Positions 20,801-34,167 of a stretch of DNA of 64,000 bases are shown here, in pieces. The stretch's first letter is position 1, and the number at the start of each line of letters is the position of its first letter. This DNA is from Isurus oxyrinchus (lineage: Eukaryota), in the NCBI GenBank assembly GCA_026770705.1, contig JANJGN010000029.1:17360001-17424000 (forward strand). The letters run 5' to 3'. The notes beneath the pieces are model-generated. The model was not told the DNA's origin. It saw nothing but the letters and a program-made list of their open reading frames with translations, and ran no database searches. The translations under genes were made by a program, and so were the position numbers.

Positions 20801-23800
20801 ATCGAGTGACAATAATGGACCTTTATTTTAATCCCTTTTCCGGGCCCGACCCTTGGCTGTTTTGACACGGCGTGATATTATGTTATTGTTTAAGGGGGCA
20901 AACAAATGACATGGAAAAATTGTACTTTGATCATGACTCAAGCCAATTGTGTAACCAGTTAGGCGAGGTCAACTTGCTCTCTCCCTCTTCAGCGTTGCTT
21001 GTTTTATTTTTTTTCTTTTCATGCCTGGACATCTGCAGCAATGTGTTTTATTTTAAAGTAGTTTTTTTTTAATGCCCTTGATAAAATATGTTTTTCAGTA
21101 CTTGTAGAATAAAACGTGTTGGGGGCGGGTGGTGTTTAGATGGTTTGTGCTTCACGGGGAGGATCTGTACAGGGAGAGTGAGTCTGTGTAAAGTTTACAG
21201 TTGACTGTGGGGGTGGGGTGGGTGGTCCCTGGATTAGATAACTGCTGGTAAATCATTCCCTCTTGTTTGGCTTTGATTTTTTTTTTAAGCCTGTCCTATT
21301 CGAGTTGGGGAAAGAAGGAGGGTGGGGGGGGGGGGTCAGTCTTGAGCTGACATTGAGCATCTTAACACACGGCCCTTGAGGGGGTGGCGATGCTTTCAGA
21401 CGATATTATTGATTTGCATTGTTGTTGCAGCAGGTTTATGGGTAAAACTGCAGATCAACCATGATCCAACTGGATAGCAGAGCAGGTTCGAGAGGCCTAC
21501 TCCTGTCCTAGGTGACAGTGCATAAGCTGTGTGTTTGCCTGGTATCCTCTGATGACTCAAGTCAGTAAATCAGGGTTTGCTTTGTGATCTAGTATGTATT
21601 TTCCCTTGTACCATACAAGAGGCATATATATTTTATGAGTCCAGTGAGATATCAGACCTTGCTAAGTGTTGTGATATTAAAAGATAGGTTTTTGAGGTGA
21701 AAAGCAGTATGTAATATGTTCTGGCCAAGATTCTGAGAGAATCCCCTCATTAACAAGATGTCAGGCCTTCAGAAAAATGGATCTAAATCTTGGATACAAA
21801 TAATTGTGAAGTGGCATCTCTGACATGTAGTCTGACCAATTGCTCCACGACGGGTATATTTTATATGCCTAGGAGTATAGATTTGCACTGTGGAAGAAAT
21901 GGGGACTTGGCCCTGTTCTTGGATCTTTAATTGCACACAAGGAGCTGATTGCCAGCGTATTAATGTTTAGTTTTGACCAAGCTTGTGCGTATCTAAGTGT
22001 GAGGGAGGGTTTTTAAGCAACTTCGACTGGGCCAAGGCTTGGTTTGCAGTCGATTGCATGTGACCTTAGTATCTCTGGAGCATTTATGCTTGAAAGTGTT
22101 CTTTGAGGCTTTCAGCAGTCTGTGTAATCGCCAAGCTGATGTGGTGTTGAGCTTGATCAGCTGCAACTGCTTACCAGGAAGTATGATGGAGGCCGGGGAA
22201 TTGGACCCATTCATGTCAGAACTCACTCACTGGTGCCATAGCAAGGTGGCAGGCTTGAAACTTAGGAAGCTTGTGGACTGACTGGTTTAGATATAGAAGA
22301 CCCATCATCTTGTTATATGCTTTGGTTCAAGAACATAACCTGATTTAATATTTAATTTCATCACTGTTTTGAATTTGGCTTTAAATATATGTATGTGTAT
22401 ATTAGCCAAGTGATCTGTCTTGCCTTGAAAATCTGTCATTTGAAATTTAAGCAATGTGGTCAATCATGACATGCTTTGATAAACATGGTTTCTCTTTGCA
22501 TCCAAGTACAAATCAATGTAGACAGAAAATAGGTGCAACAAAATCAGTTCGAATCCCTCTCTGTGAAACAGTCAGAAGCCTATTTGGGCCTGATCTCAAA
22601 AGTTCAAGATCTGACCCTAGCATTTTCTGATTTCCCTCTTCTCCACCTGCCCTCGAGTTGAAAAGGGTTTACTTGCTGCTTCATGCTTTGTCCTGTTGCA
22701 CTGACCTTCCTTCCTCACCTTGCTGTCCGTTGCTCCTGTCCCATTTCAATATTCCACTCTGGCCTTGGCAAGTGACTTTCCTGGAGGAGCTGGGTCAGGA
22801 CACATTCCTCAGTGATGGTCACTGTCTCTATTGGATCACAGTGAGACCATTTCAAGGTAGAGCAGAATGGGTTGCTCTGTCTTTGAGTCTCTCACACCTG
22901 CTTAGCAAACAGAAGCAGCAGAGAGCAAAGCAGTATTGTATCAGAAAAGGCAGTTGGTCCTGTTTGTGTACAAGTTTCCAGAGAGCAAGTGGGAACTTTG
23001 TACAAATGGTCTTGACAGTCGGTACAAAATGTTTTGTCTGTGATTTTTGAGCTATTTTAGTGAAAGAGGGATGAGTGTATTTCACTCGGCTTTGGATAGG
23101 TGCAGATATTCGTGTATACATTTTAAAATTTAAATGAGGTCTTATTCACCCAAACCAAGCCAGAGTTGGACTGAACTTTTGAGACCAGCCGTCCCCAAAC
23201 ATACCAAACTTCTTGTGTCTCAGACAAGCTGTCGATGTTGGTTTCCGTTGGTTCCATGGATCATGTGAGATAAGCAGTTGAAGGAGAGTGGGATTGAAGG
23301 TATTGTGATGAAATTGTATAGATGGGGGTTAATGCATCAAAAAAAACCAACTGTCTGTTTTTGTTTGGGTGATGCTGGCAAGGCAATGTTGATCGTCCAG
23401 CCCTAGTTGCTCTCCGAAGATGGTGCCGGACTTTCTTAATACATCGTGATTGCATATAATGTCCTAACTCACACCAAGTCCATTTGCTTTTCACCTCTGT
23501 TTGCTGATGTAATTGCCTCCTGGTCAAGAAATTGTCATCCTTTGTTTCCAAATCCCTCCGTGGCCTCAGCCCACCCTATCTCTAATTTCCTGCAGTCCTA
23601 CAATTCTCTGAGGTATCTGCGCTCTTCCAATCTTGGCCTCTTGTGCGTCCCTGATGTTAATCGCTCCACCTATGCTGGCTGTGTGGACCTTAATTTCTGT
23701 AATTTTCTCCCTACCTGCCACGCTACCTTGTTTTCCTCCTTTTAAGGCACCCCTGAAAACCTACCTCTCTGAGCTAATATCTCTTTATGTGGCTCAGTGT

Positions 23801-24289
23801 CGTTTTGTTTTATAATACTGCTTCCTGAGAGGTGCCTGAAGTGCCATATAAGTTCTTGTATAACTGAATGATTTGTTCAACGTCAGATGATGTTTAGAAT
23901 CAGCTTGGTAGACGACTTACATGTAGATCAGATGGGGCATGGGAGGTGGGTTCTTTTTCCAGAGGGGGAATGTTCGTGAGTCAGAGCTTTGCGACAATTC
24001 TGCAACTTGTGTGGTCATATTCTGTGCAGCCCACTTATTTCTAAGTTTATTGACTTCAGTTTGTCAACCTCCATGCTTGCTCAGTACCATGATCGCTATA
24101 CTTTTGTACCCTGTGGGAATAATGGTTCTTTTTTTCCCCTAATTTTTAATGAATGATTGCGTAGCTAATGAGCTTTGAGATCATGTTAAGTTATTTGTTA
24201 TCTTGTCTATGGTGGTAGAAGAATTGTAAGGGTGGTGGGTAGAATCCATTGATCGCAGCTGAGCGTTGCCTTAAATTTTGTTAATACAT

Positions 24290-24622
24290 TCATTCATGGG
24301 ATGTGGGCATCACTGGCTAGGCCAGCATTTATTGCCCATCCCTAATTGCCCTTGAAGGTGGTGGTGAGCTGCCTTCTTGAACCGCTGCAGTCCATGTGGT
24401 GTAGGTACACCCACAGTGCTGTTAGGGAGGGAGTTCCAGGATTTTGACCCAGCGACAGTGAAGGAACGGCCGATATGTTTCCAAGTCAGGATGGTGAGTG
24501 ACATGGAGGGGGTTTTCCAGGTGGTGGTGTTCCCATGTATCTGTTGCCCTTGTCCTTCTAGATTGGTAGTGGTTGTGGGTTTGGAAGGTGCTGTTGAAGG
24601 AGCCTTGGTGTGTTTCTGCAGT
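24290..24622 (-). mobile_element. LINE 3' end (same tail family as 4830-4970)
   Basis: LTILTWKHI..SFTVAGSKSWNSLPNSTVG...GLQRFKKAAHHHL. Confidence 0.85.
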
Positions 24623-27600
24623 ACATGTTGTGCCAGAATTCTTGTTCTTGAAGTAGGGAATGTTAAAGGGTGAATTTAAAAAGGTGCTCAAAATCATGAG
24701 GGATTTTGAGAGATTAAATAAGGAGACATGGTTTCTGGACCAGGAGGGTCAGTAACTGAAGGGCACAGATGTAAGCTAGTTGGCAAAAGAACTGGGGGAG
24801 ATGAGGATTTGCTTCACCAGAATGAGTTATGATCTGGAATGCAATACCTGAACGGGTGGTAGAAGCAGATTCAGCAGTAACCTCCAAAGCAAAATGGATA
24901 ATACTTAAAGGGAAACACTTGCAGGTCTGTGGTGGGGAGGGGGGAGGGGACTTGCGGGGATAAATAGATGTCCCTTTTTTTAAAAAAAAGGCTGGCAGCA
25001 GCATGCTGGCCTGAATGACCTCTCCTTGTGATTCTATGATAATTAGATTTCCTGGTTAATGAAGACACGGTGTTACTGCCAATCGCTATATGCACTGTAT
25101 CCAATCATTGTGTTTTTAATTCTTGAAAGATGGCTTCAGAGTCTGATTGTGAGAATGAATATGAGAGGTGTTTGGTCTGGTCTGCTTCCATCATCATGTT
25201 ACTTGTGCAAATTGCTCCACTGAGAGGAACATGTTCTTGGGCAAAAACTTTGTCAAGACATCTTCAGGGGGAGAAACAAACGGTTTTAAAGTAAGTGTTA
25301 GTCAGTGGATTTATTCTTGCTTCTGTATAATTTAAGGAACTCAAGCTAACCTGAGACAGGTTCTATATTTAGAAAGCTGGGAGGTGAACTGGGAGCAGGT
25401 TCAATTACTCCTGGTGCACTCCCTGAAGGTAGATTTCAAACCATCTTATCGCAGATATGTCCTCCAAAAGGCTGAGTTTTGGTTTGAGGGGAACTTGGGG
25501 AGGGATCTTAATTGTTGGGAATGATCCTGAGTAACATCAATTGGGGAAGTATCTTGATGAATATTTTTCTTACTGCCCCTGCACCTCGAATGATTGAGGG
25601 GTGGGTTGGGGGCTGGATAGGTATCACCTGGTGATTTTGTTAAAGATTTGTTGAGGACAGTGAAAGTTTCTTGGAGGGAGGAGACCTCTCTGTACTGAGA
25701 TCCTACAAGAAATAAAAAGCATCAATTAAGATCCACTGGATAAAGTTAGTCAACGCTTGGAAGGGTTCCATTGCCCCAGAAATGGTTTAGGGAATTAATC
25801 CTGATATAAAGGTTCTTTCTATTTTATTATTGCATTTGAAGAATATTAACTGATCCTCTATTCAGTATTTTATGTTCAAATACCAGGACAGAATGTAGTG
25901 AGGCCACACTTGTGACCATTCCCTTTTCCCATGCGGTCACCACTCTGGCTTTAGCTGTCTTGCACACTGTCCACAGTCTGTTCTCTCACTGACTACTACA
26001 ACAACAAATTGTATTTCTATAGCATCCTGAATGTTGTAAACTGACCTAAGGAGAGTCAATGTGTGATTATCAAAACACAATTTGATATCGAGCTACCTCT
26101 TTTAGGTAGCCTAGAGCTAATTTCAATACAGAAATTGACTCCATTTTATAGTATCCTGATGCCTATAAGAATTTGTACTACATCAATCAATGGTGTGTTC
26201 TGTGCTCTTGGAAGATTTCCTACTGCTTATGAATTATCCTGCTTGCCTCTACCTAGAGCATTTGAATTATTCAGGCCTCTTTTTAATCCTTGAAAATCCG
26301 CCTTGTTTAGTCTTCCCTGACCTGCAGAAGCAGGATTTGACTGCAGTTGGGCTTTGATTACATTCGTGGAACCGGAGCATTTTACAGCACAGAGTGAAGC
26401 CATTTAGCTTCTTGCTCCTGTGCTGGCTTTCTGAAGAGCTTTTCACTTGGGCTCGTTCCCATGCTGTTGAACTTTTTATTTTTCAAATTGCTTTTGAAAA
26501 GGGAGGTGGAAAGTTATTCAGAGTTATTCTTCCACTTTTTTTTGCAATGGCGAATTCTGCATCCTTTCTCTGTATTACTCTGTATTTTTTTTAAAAGAAG
26601 CTTTTAGACAGTTTTTCATTTAGTGATCTTAAATTTATACCTTCTAATTAATGACTTGGTGACTAGTGGAAATAATTTGCCCTTTATTTACCTCAGCAAA
26701 TCCCTTCATAATATCAATCTTTTTATTCTAATTAAAAACCCCAGTTTCAAGTGAAGCACTTTTGAATTCAGTTTCCCCCATCATTATGCGACTGGTATAC
26801 GTGGTCATTTGAAATGTAACTGTAACACCAGGAAATCCATCCTTTTTACATCGAACAGTTTCTATCTCTTGCCTTTTCCAGCCCTCCACAGCTGCAATAA
26901 CTCTGACTTTACAAAACAAAGAATTCAGATATCCTCCTAAATACTGTTCACCTTTAGTTCAGCTTTTCACTCTCTCTCAAAATGGGCGAGGTATTCCGCT
27001 ACCCTCGTCATGTACCTCTAATAATAATTTAGTATAATTACTGCCTGTGGGCAAAGGAGACGATGAATTGTGGGAAGGCATTAAGCAACAAAGGAAAGTC
27101 ATTGGTTTGTTGTTTTTTCCTAAATTAAACCAGTTATCTTGATTTGAATGGTAAATTGAACTAACCAGAGACTGTTTTGAGACTATTGAACAGAGCTTAA
27201 TCCTTGATGCCCCTTAAATCAGTGAGTGTGTTTGTTACTAATAGCAATATTCTGTAATGTTTCATGTATCTGAATCACATCAAGGTACATAGACTTCAAA
27301 TGTTGTCTAACCTCATTCTCAGTTGCATTGTCTCCTGCTCATTCTTTCTCAAGACCTCAAAATTTTGGAATTCCTCATCCTGAATGCCTCTCCACACCTG
27401 GAGTCTTGCTTCTTGACGAGCTTCAGCCTGTTAAAACTAACACTTAGCCACCACCTACATCCTTTTGTCTGTTATATTGTCTAATTTATCTTCTCTCCTC
27501 ATTCAGTCACCCTTTTCAGTGTCGGTGGAGACCTGTGCTCAAAGCCCCGGCCATTTTACTTGGCTTCTCAATTTGGACAAATGTTTATTTTGATTCTGTC

Positions 27601-29097
27601 GAGTTGAGATCACCTGGCACCTCTGGCGATTGTCTTGATTCTGTTTCAATCGATTCTTTATCTCAGTGGAGGATGAGTTCTTGTCAAAAGTCCTCAATCA
27701 ATAACTCAAAAGTTCCTGGCCAGTGTCATCCTCTTGGTGGTTGGTGGGAGTGGGTTGTGGAATGGTCGATAAGTGAGGTTCAAGCAGAAGTAGCGGTGGA
27801 AGATTGTACCCAACACTGCCCTCGGTAATACTATGTCTGAATATCTGGAGAGCATTGTGGAACATCTAACTGTTGATGTTGCTTGTGACTGGTTCATAAA
27901 TGGAATCTGGAAGAGTAACAATTTCATTGTGAGGAAACCTGGGTTTTTTAATTTAATTTGGTTTTTTTTGAGGCAGATGCTAACTAAAACACCCTGAACT
28001 GAAAGGGAAATAGAACAGGTAAGCATAGAAAGGAAACTAACCCTCCTAGTTTCTAAGAAAGCAAAGTAAGGCTTGGAAACCCAAATCTCTGGTAAACTGA
28101 ATTTGTTTGCAAGATATAAAAGGACACAGATCAGTCCAAGCTGGGCAGTGGCAGTTGATGAGTCCACTGGTGCAGTACTAGCAAGCTGAAGAAGACCAAA
28201 GCTAGATCCAGAAGTTGAGAATAAGCAAAGATATAGTTGCTGCAGCTGTTTCTGTTCCTCAAAGATGATATTGGATCTATATCACCCAGACCGAGGTGAG
28301 CAGATTTTGCAGATATGTTCCGTTTGTGATGAAGACTGTGTCTGTGGAGTTCTGGTTTGTTGTGTGCTCCTTCAGCTAGGGATCAAACTAGCTCCTAGAA
28401 GGAGAGGAGCTTAAATTCCTCGTGCGAAAGAGAGCGTTTGAAGGACTGTGATTGATTGAGTGTGGGTGTGTGGAGTAGTGATATCTTGATGCACAACAGC
28501 TTGCATTTATATTGTTCCTTCATCGTGAGGAGCATTGTCAAGTTTGACACCAAGCCACATAAGAATCTATTAGGACTGGTGACCATCAAAGTGGAAGGTT
28601 TTGCATGTTAACTGGATCCACACCTGTTGAAGTCAAAATTAAGACACACAGCCTTTCTTTGCAGAGAGAGTTTATTGACTTTGTTCAATGACAACATGAC
28701 TCACCAACACCCAGTGTCCCAGCTATCCCCTAATTGTGTTCGAATAACCACCACCTGTTTCCCTTAATATAATTAATGTTAACAAACTGCAACAATGTAA
28801 TTGACAAGATGTTGGCATCTTAAAAGGGAAAAGAGAGGTTTAGCAAATGAATGCCAATGCTTTGTGTGACCACCAACATTGAAATCGGAGGTCTGCAAGA
28901 TGCCAAAATTGGAAGAGAGCAAAGATTTCAGGATTGTTGGACTGCAAGAAGTTACAGAGATAGAGAGGGATGAGGCCATGGAAGGATTTGAAAACCAGAA
29001 TAAGAATTTAAAAATTGCCAGACTGAGAGCCATTGTAGATCAGTGAGCATAGGAGTGGTCATTGAAGGGGTCTTGGTGCGAGTTTGAATGCTGGCAG

Positions 29098-29480
29098 CCT
29101 GGGGTTACCATTGGCCAGAAACTGAACTGGAACAGCTATATATAAATACTGTGGCTACAAGTCTAGGAACGCTGTGACGCGTAACTCACTTCCTGACTCC
29201 CCAAAGACTGTCCACCATCTACAAGGCACAAGTCAGGAGTGTGATGAAATACTCCCCATTTGCCAGGGTGAGTGCAGCTCCTACACTCAAGAAGTTCAAC
29301 ACCATTCAGGACAAAGCAGCCCTCTTGATTAGCACCACATCCACAAACATTCACTCCCTCTACCACTAACACACAGTCGCAGCAGTGTGTACCATCTGCA
29401 CGATGCACTGCAGCAACTCACCAAGGCTTCTCGGACAGCACCTTCCAAACCCACGACCACTACCATCTAGAAGGGCATGG
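29098..29480 (+). mobile_element. LINE ORF2 C-terminal fragment
   Basis: ctgtccaccatctacaaggcacaagtcaggagtgtgatg (LSTIYKAQVRSVM) with disablements. Confidence 0.8.
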
Positions 29481-32400
29481 GAATGTAGACTGTATAAAAG
29501 CCATCTTAACAATTTGCTTCTTAACTCCACTCTCACCCTGGAAGACCAGGTGAAAAAACTGATCTCTTTTACACTTAGCTACAAAGAAAATCTAACAGAT
29601 GTATGTTGAACTCTGAGTGGCTAAAGAATATTAGAAAAGCAGCTAAAGATTTGTGGGAGTTTGAATATTTAACTCCACCAAGATTCAGGTGGTGCGCAGC
29701 TGGGGCAGCTAATAAATATCTGTGAAGATGTTCCATGACCTCTGAATGCTCCAAGCTTTGTCAATTAAGTACTTAGTTCAAGTTTTCTCATGTCTATTCA
29801 CTTACATGAGCATCACCAACATTTATTGCCCCTCCCTAACTACCCTTAATGGAGTGATTTGCTGGACCATGTTGGAGGGCAGTTAAGAATTGACCATGCT
29901 GATGCTGATCTGGAGCCATGTAGATAGTCCAGACAGAGTAAGGATGGCAGGTTTCCTCCCCTGAAGGGCTTTGGTGAATCAGGTGGGGTTTTCCGAAGGT
30001 GTGACTTCCTGTTGTGATGTAGTTACAATGGCAGCCAATTTGCGCACAGCAAGGTCCCACAAACGGTATTGTGCTGGAGACCGAATCATCTATATTAGTG
30101 GTGTCAGCTGAAAGATGGATCTTGGTCTTGCATCCCAGCCGCAATAGCACAACCACAATGTTCTGATCAAATAAGTGAGCAATGCGCTATAAGCCACATT
30201 GGTGAACAATGCATCAAGTTGATTTCTTACTCTTTTTGAAATGTGTGCTGGATATTGCCATCAAGCATGCCAGGTCAAATTCATCACAGATTAGTCAGAA
30301 ACTGTAAGCCTTCCTCACCGCCTGTAAATACCAATCCAAGCTGTAGCAGTAGAGGAATTAAATGTCTGAAGGCCTCTAGCATTCAATGGAAAAAGCCCCT
30401 CCATTACCTCACAGCAATGTAATCCAATTCCACAAAATTGAAATGATTTCTGCAAGGAATTCAGCAGTTCTGCTACTGGAGATGATCTGTATCTATACTG
30501 TTAGCTGTCGTATACAGAGACCACACTCCACATCAAATCCTGTGCCGGAGGGTTTAATGGACTAAATTTCTCAACGGGAGAGATTTTTTTTTTTAAATGT
30601 CCTACAGTCTTTGAACAACTGGAGCTTTCTGGAAAGCTTCCTGATTCCCACATGTGGTCGTGGCAACTACTGAACTGCAACTCAGTTTACAAATACCCAA
30701 TTGTACACTCATTTGATTAAAAGAGTCAACTTGAATTTATATAGCTCCTCTCAAAACCTCAAAGTTTTCCTGTCACAAAACCTTTTATCTCCAATTAATT
30801 ACTTAAAAATGATGGGGCCACTGGAGGAGTCACACCAATTTGCACACAGCAAGCTCCCACCAACGGCAATATGACCAGATAATCTGTTTTGTGATAGCAT
30901 TTCAGGGGCATTTGGAAGAAGTTCTCTGCTTGCATTTGAAATAATTTCGTGGATTTTTTTTTTGAATCCACCTGAGTCTTGGTTTAGCATCTCATCTGAA
31001 CGTTGGCACCTCTGCCAGTGCCTCAGTGCTGCACTGGAGTGCCAGCTGAGATGATAGGGTTGAAATTTCTGGTGTGGGGCTTGAACGCAGGATCTCATCG
31101 CTTGAATGAGAGTGCTCCCAGCAAAAAGATCCCATGACCTTTATCAAAAAGAGCAGGAGAGTTCTCCCTGTCATCCCTCATCCAACAGCAGTAGGGGAGT
31201 ATCTGATCATGGCTTATGGGATCTTGCTGTGCCACAAAAATTGGGTACTATATTTCCCACATTACATGTGCACATGCTCCAGAAAAGTACTTAATTGGCC
31301 ATAAAACACTTTGGGGAATAGTGAGATTGTGAAAAGCACTATATAAAAATAAGGGGTCACCCATTTAAGACAGATCAGGAAAAACATATTTTCTCAGAGG
31401 GTCTTTGGAACTCTCTTCTTCCAAAGGGTGGTGGAAGCAGAGCCTTTGAATATTTTTAAGGGGGAGCTAGCAAAGAAAGGGGGTGTCGACAGGAATGTGG
31501 AGTTCAGGTCAAAATTAGTTCAGCCATGATTTTTTTTTGGAAAGGTGGAGCAGGCTTGAGGGGCCAAGTGGCCTTAGCTCTGCTCCTAATTTGTATGTTC
31601 GTTTAGTGTAGAGGAATCCAACATGATGTTAGAGACAATTAGGCCCTTGATTGGGTTGGGGGGAGGTGTGGTTGCTCAGTGAGGAGTGTCCATGTTTGGT
31701 ATCACTTCATAGGCTGTACACTGCAGACCTCAGAACAAAGTGATCCTGCACCTTCTACCCTTACAGTACTGTACATGATATACATTTGGCGCAAATTCCT
31801 GGTCCTGCTGTTGGACTCCTTTTGTAGCCCTCCTTCAGTATCTAGAGCTGCTCCAAGTTTGTCCATTTATGACGTGTACACATTTCTGTTTAGTCGATGC
31901 ATTTTGTGCTGGAATCAGGATTTCAATAAGCTGCTGAGTTTTAACGCCAGCCAATCTGGGGGCTGTAGCACGACATCCTTCCCTCTATCGCCTCGTCCCT
32001 CCCTATCTCTGCTAATTTCTTCCCAGCCCCGCAACCCTGTGAGAACTGGGCGCCCCTGTGACTCCAGCCTATTGGTCACTTCCCCTGTTGCTGGACATAC
32101 CTTCAGCAACCTAGGCCAGGAGTCTGCAGCCTGTGACTCTGGTGCCACGTGCAGCTCTTTAATATATCATTTGCCATTCCCAACCTTTTCCAGATGGATC
32201 ACGTTAACATGAAAAGGCCTTTAAAAAAAAAAGCATCAAGTCAAAAAGAAGTAAGAGCTGTCTTTTTGTTGTGGAGATAAAAGGCTAATCATTATGCTGC
32301 ACTTTACAATTTCAAAAGATGATTTTAACAAAAACCATCATTGTGCTGTATAAATCTGTTTGAATGGTGTAGCTACACTGTGGCTATAGATAATGCCTTA

Positions 32401-33784
32401 TGGCTGCAACCATTATTGTTTCTAATAGAGCTGAGATGATAAATTATCCTGTGCTGTTAGAAGTTATATTTATCACAAATCAATCATAGAAAAAAAAAAT
32501 AGTTTTTAATTCTACGCATCTTTTAGGTTTGTTTTAAGGATGACCTTACCAACAACTACATCAAAGTAAAAATGTCAGACTTGGGTCCATTATAATTTTT
32601 TCCCCTAAAGGCGACACGGATTCAATGCATGTATTTTATTAAATATTTATGCAAATTCTGCATTCTATCTGGGACACTTGGCAATTTGGTTGGTTTAGAG
32701 AAGCTGAATTTTCATCTTATTGCTCCTAATAATTTCTACTGCAGGCAAATTCTTTTAAAAAGGCTCATTAGTAAAAGTGTTGCTGAACCCTGATCAAGGT
32801 CTTATGCTCTGGGGCATCTCTCTGACTCTTTCAAACCTTTGACCAAGCGTTTTGTAATCCCTCCTACTACAACCACCTCTCTTTGGCTCAGTGTCAATTT
32901 TTGACTGACACTCCTGTGGAACACCTGAGGTTATGTTTCTATATTAAAGGCACTATGTAAATGCAGTTTGTTCTTTCATCTAAACAATCTTTCAGTTCAT
33001 CACTTCAAACCCTAGGCAAGAGTGCGTTTCTGACAAAAATGATCAGTTTTGCATGATTTCCTATTGTTTGGAATTCTTATTCTGAGCATTAAAAAAATGG
33101 ACAATGGCCAAGGTTTTCACCCGAATGAGGAAACAATGGGCTGTGACTCGGTTTGTTCCAATGCCTGATTTGGATTGGAACCATATTCTACTTGGTGACC
33201 TTTTCCCTTTTGCATGAAAATATTACAAGGTAATTTAAAAAAAAATAATTTACAAGCTATCATATTGGGACAGCAGTCAACAAAAGTGAAATGATTAATC
33301 CTATCTATTTCTTCACTGCAGTTAATATTCTGAAGATATTGTTTCCTGCCCTTTTTGCGGGATTAGGCCTTTTCTCTCTCTCTCACGCTCTTCCTTTACT
33401 CTCTCTCCTATCCCTCCCCTCTACTGTACCCTATTAAATCATGTTGAGCATGAAGTGATGGACAGAGACCTTTGGCAGGGTTGAGAACAATAGGCAAGAT
33501 TAAAGCAGTCACCTCTCCCACCCTGAAGCAGGAATCCTCAATTCAGAATCAGTTGGGTAACATCCGAACTGGCATCTGACCTTACAGATTTTTTTTTGTG
33601 AAAAAATACTTTATAAAATATCTGGAATAAAATATCTAAATGGCCATCACAAAAAGTGCAATCAGATTCAACTTTTACACAGGGATAACGAGGTGCTTCA
33701 GTACAATCAAGGAATATTACAATCATTCCAATGTGGTCATCACAGGCAGTCAGACAACTTCAATACCATTGCACTATCAACATA

Positions 33785-34167
33785 GGGCTTGGCCTAAATG
33801 GCCAAGTGGTTATGGTACTGGGTTTGTAACCCCAAGATCAAGAGTTCAAATCTCACAATGGCAAACTATGAAACAATGTGACTTCATCTGAGACAGATGG
33901 AAATGGGTTTGTACTCGAAAGAGTTACACCTTGCTTAAGGGCTTGGCCTAAATAGCCAAGTGGTTATGGTACTGGGTTTGTAACCCCAAGATCCAGAGTT
34001 CAAATCTCACAATGGCAAAACTGTGAAACAATGTAACTTCATCTGAAACAGATGGAAACGGGTTTGTGCTCGAAAGAGTATCAAGAGTTCAAATCTCACA
34101 ATGGCAAAACTGTGAAACAATGTAACTTCATCTGAAACAGATGGAAACGGGTTTGTACTCGAAAGAA
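33785..34167 (+). mobile_element. Multimeric tRNA-Thr(UGU)-derived SINE-like retroposon (two full units plus one 5'-truncated unit), 9-bp TSD
   Basis: A box TGGCCAAGTGG, anticodon loop TTTGTAA, B box GTTCAAATC. Units start at 33785, 33939 and 34080. TSD atcaacata at 33776-33784 and 34168-34176. Confidence 0.85.

Larger units (their letters stand above)
19400..20880 (+). promoter_or_regulatory. CpG-enriched promoter / 5' region of the CAMSAP gene
   Basis: Visibly higher CpG density than the flanks, no recognisable transposons, and it surrounds the first coding exon. Contains TGAGTCAGC (AP-1/ARE-like) at 19441 and G/C tracts. Confidence 0.65.

Noticed and set aside
33791-33863. Functional tRNA-Thr(UGU) gene
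   Set aside because: The acceptor, anticodon and T stems are only partly paired, there is no terminator, and it is embedded in a TSD-flanked repeat, so it is a SINE head.
33876-33930. Hammerhead ribozyme in the tRNA-derived element
   Set aside because: A three-way junction and GAAA are present, but there is no CUGAnGA box before the hairpin. Reported only as an unknown structure.
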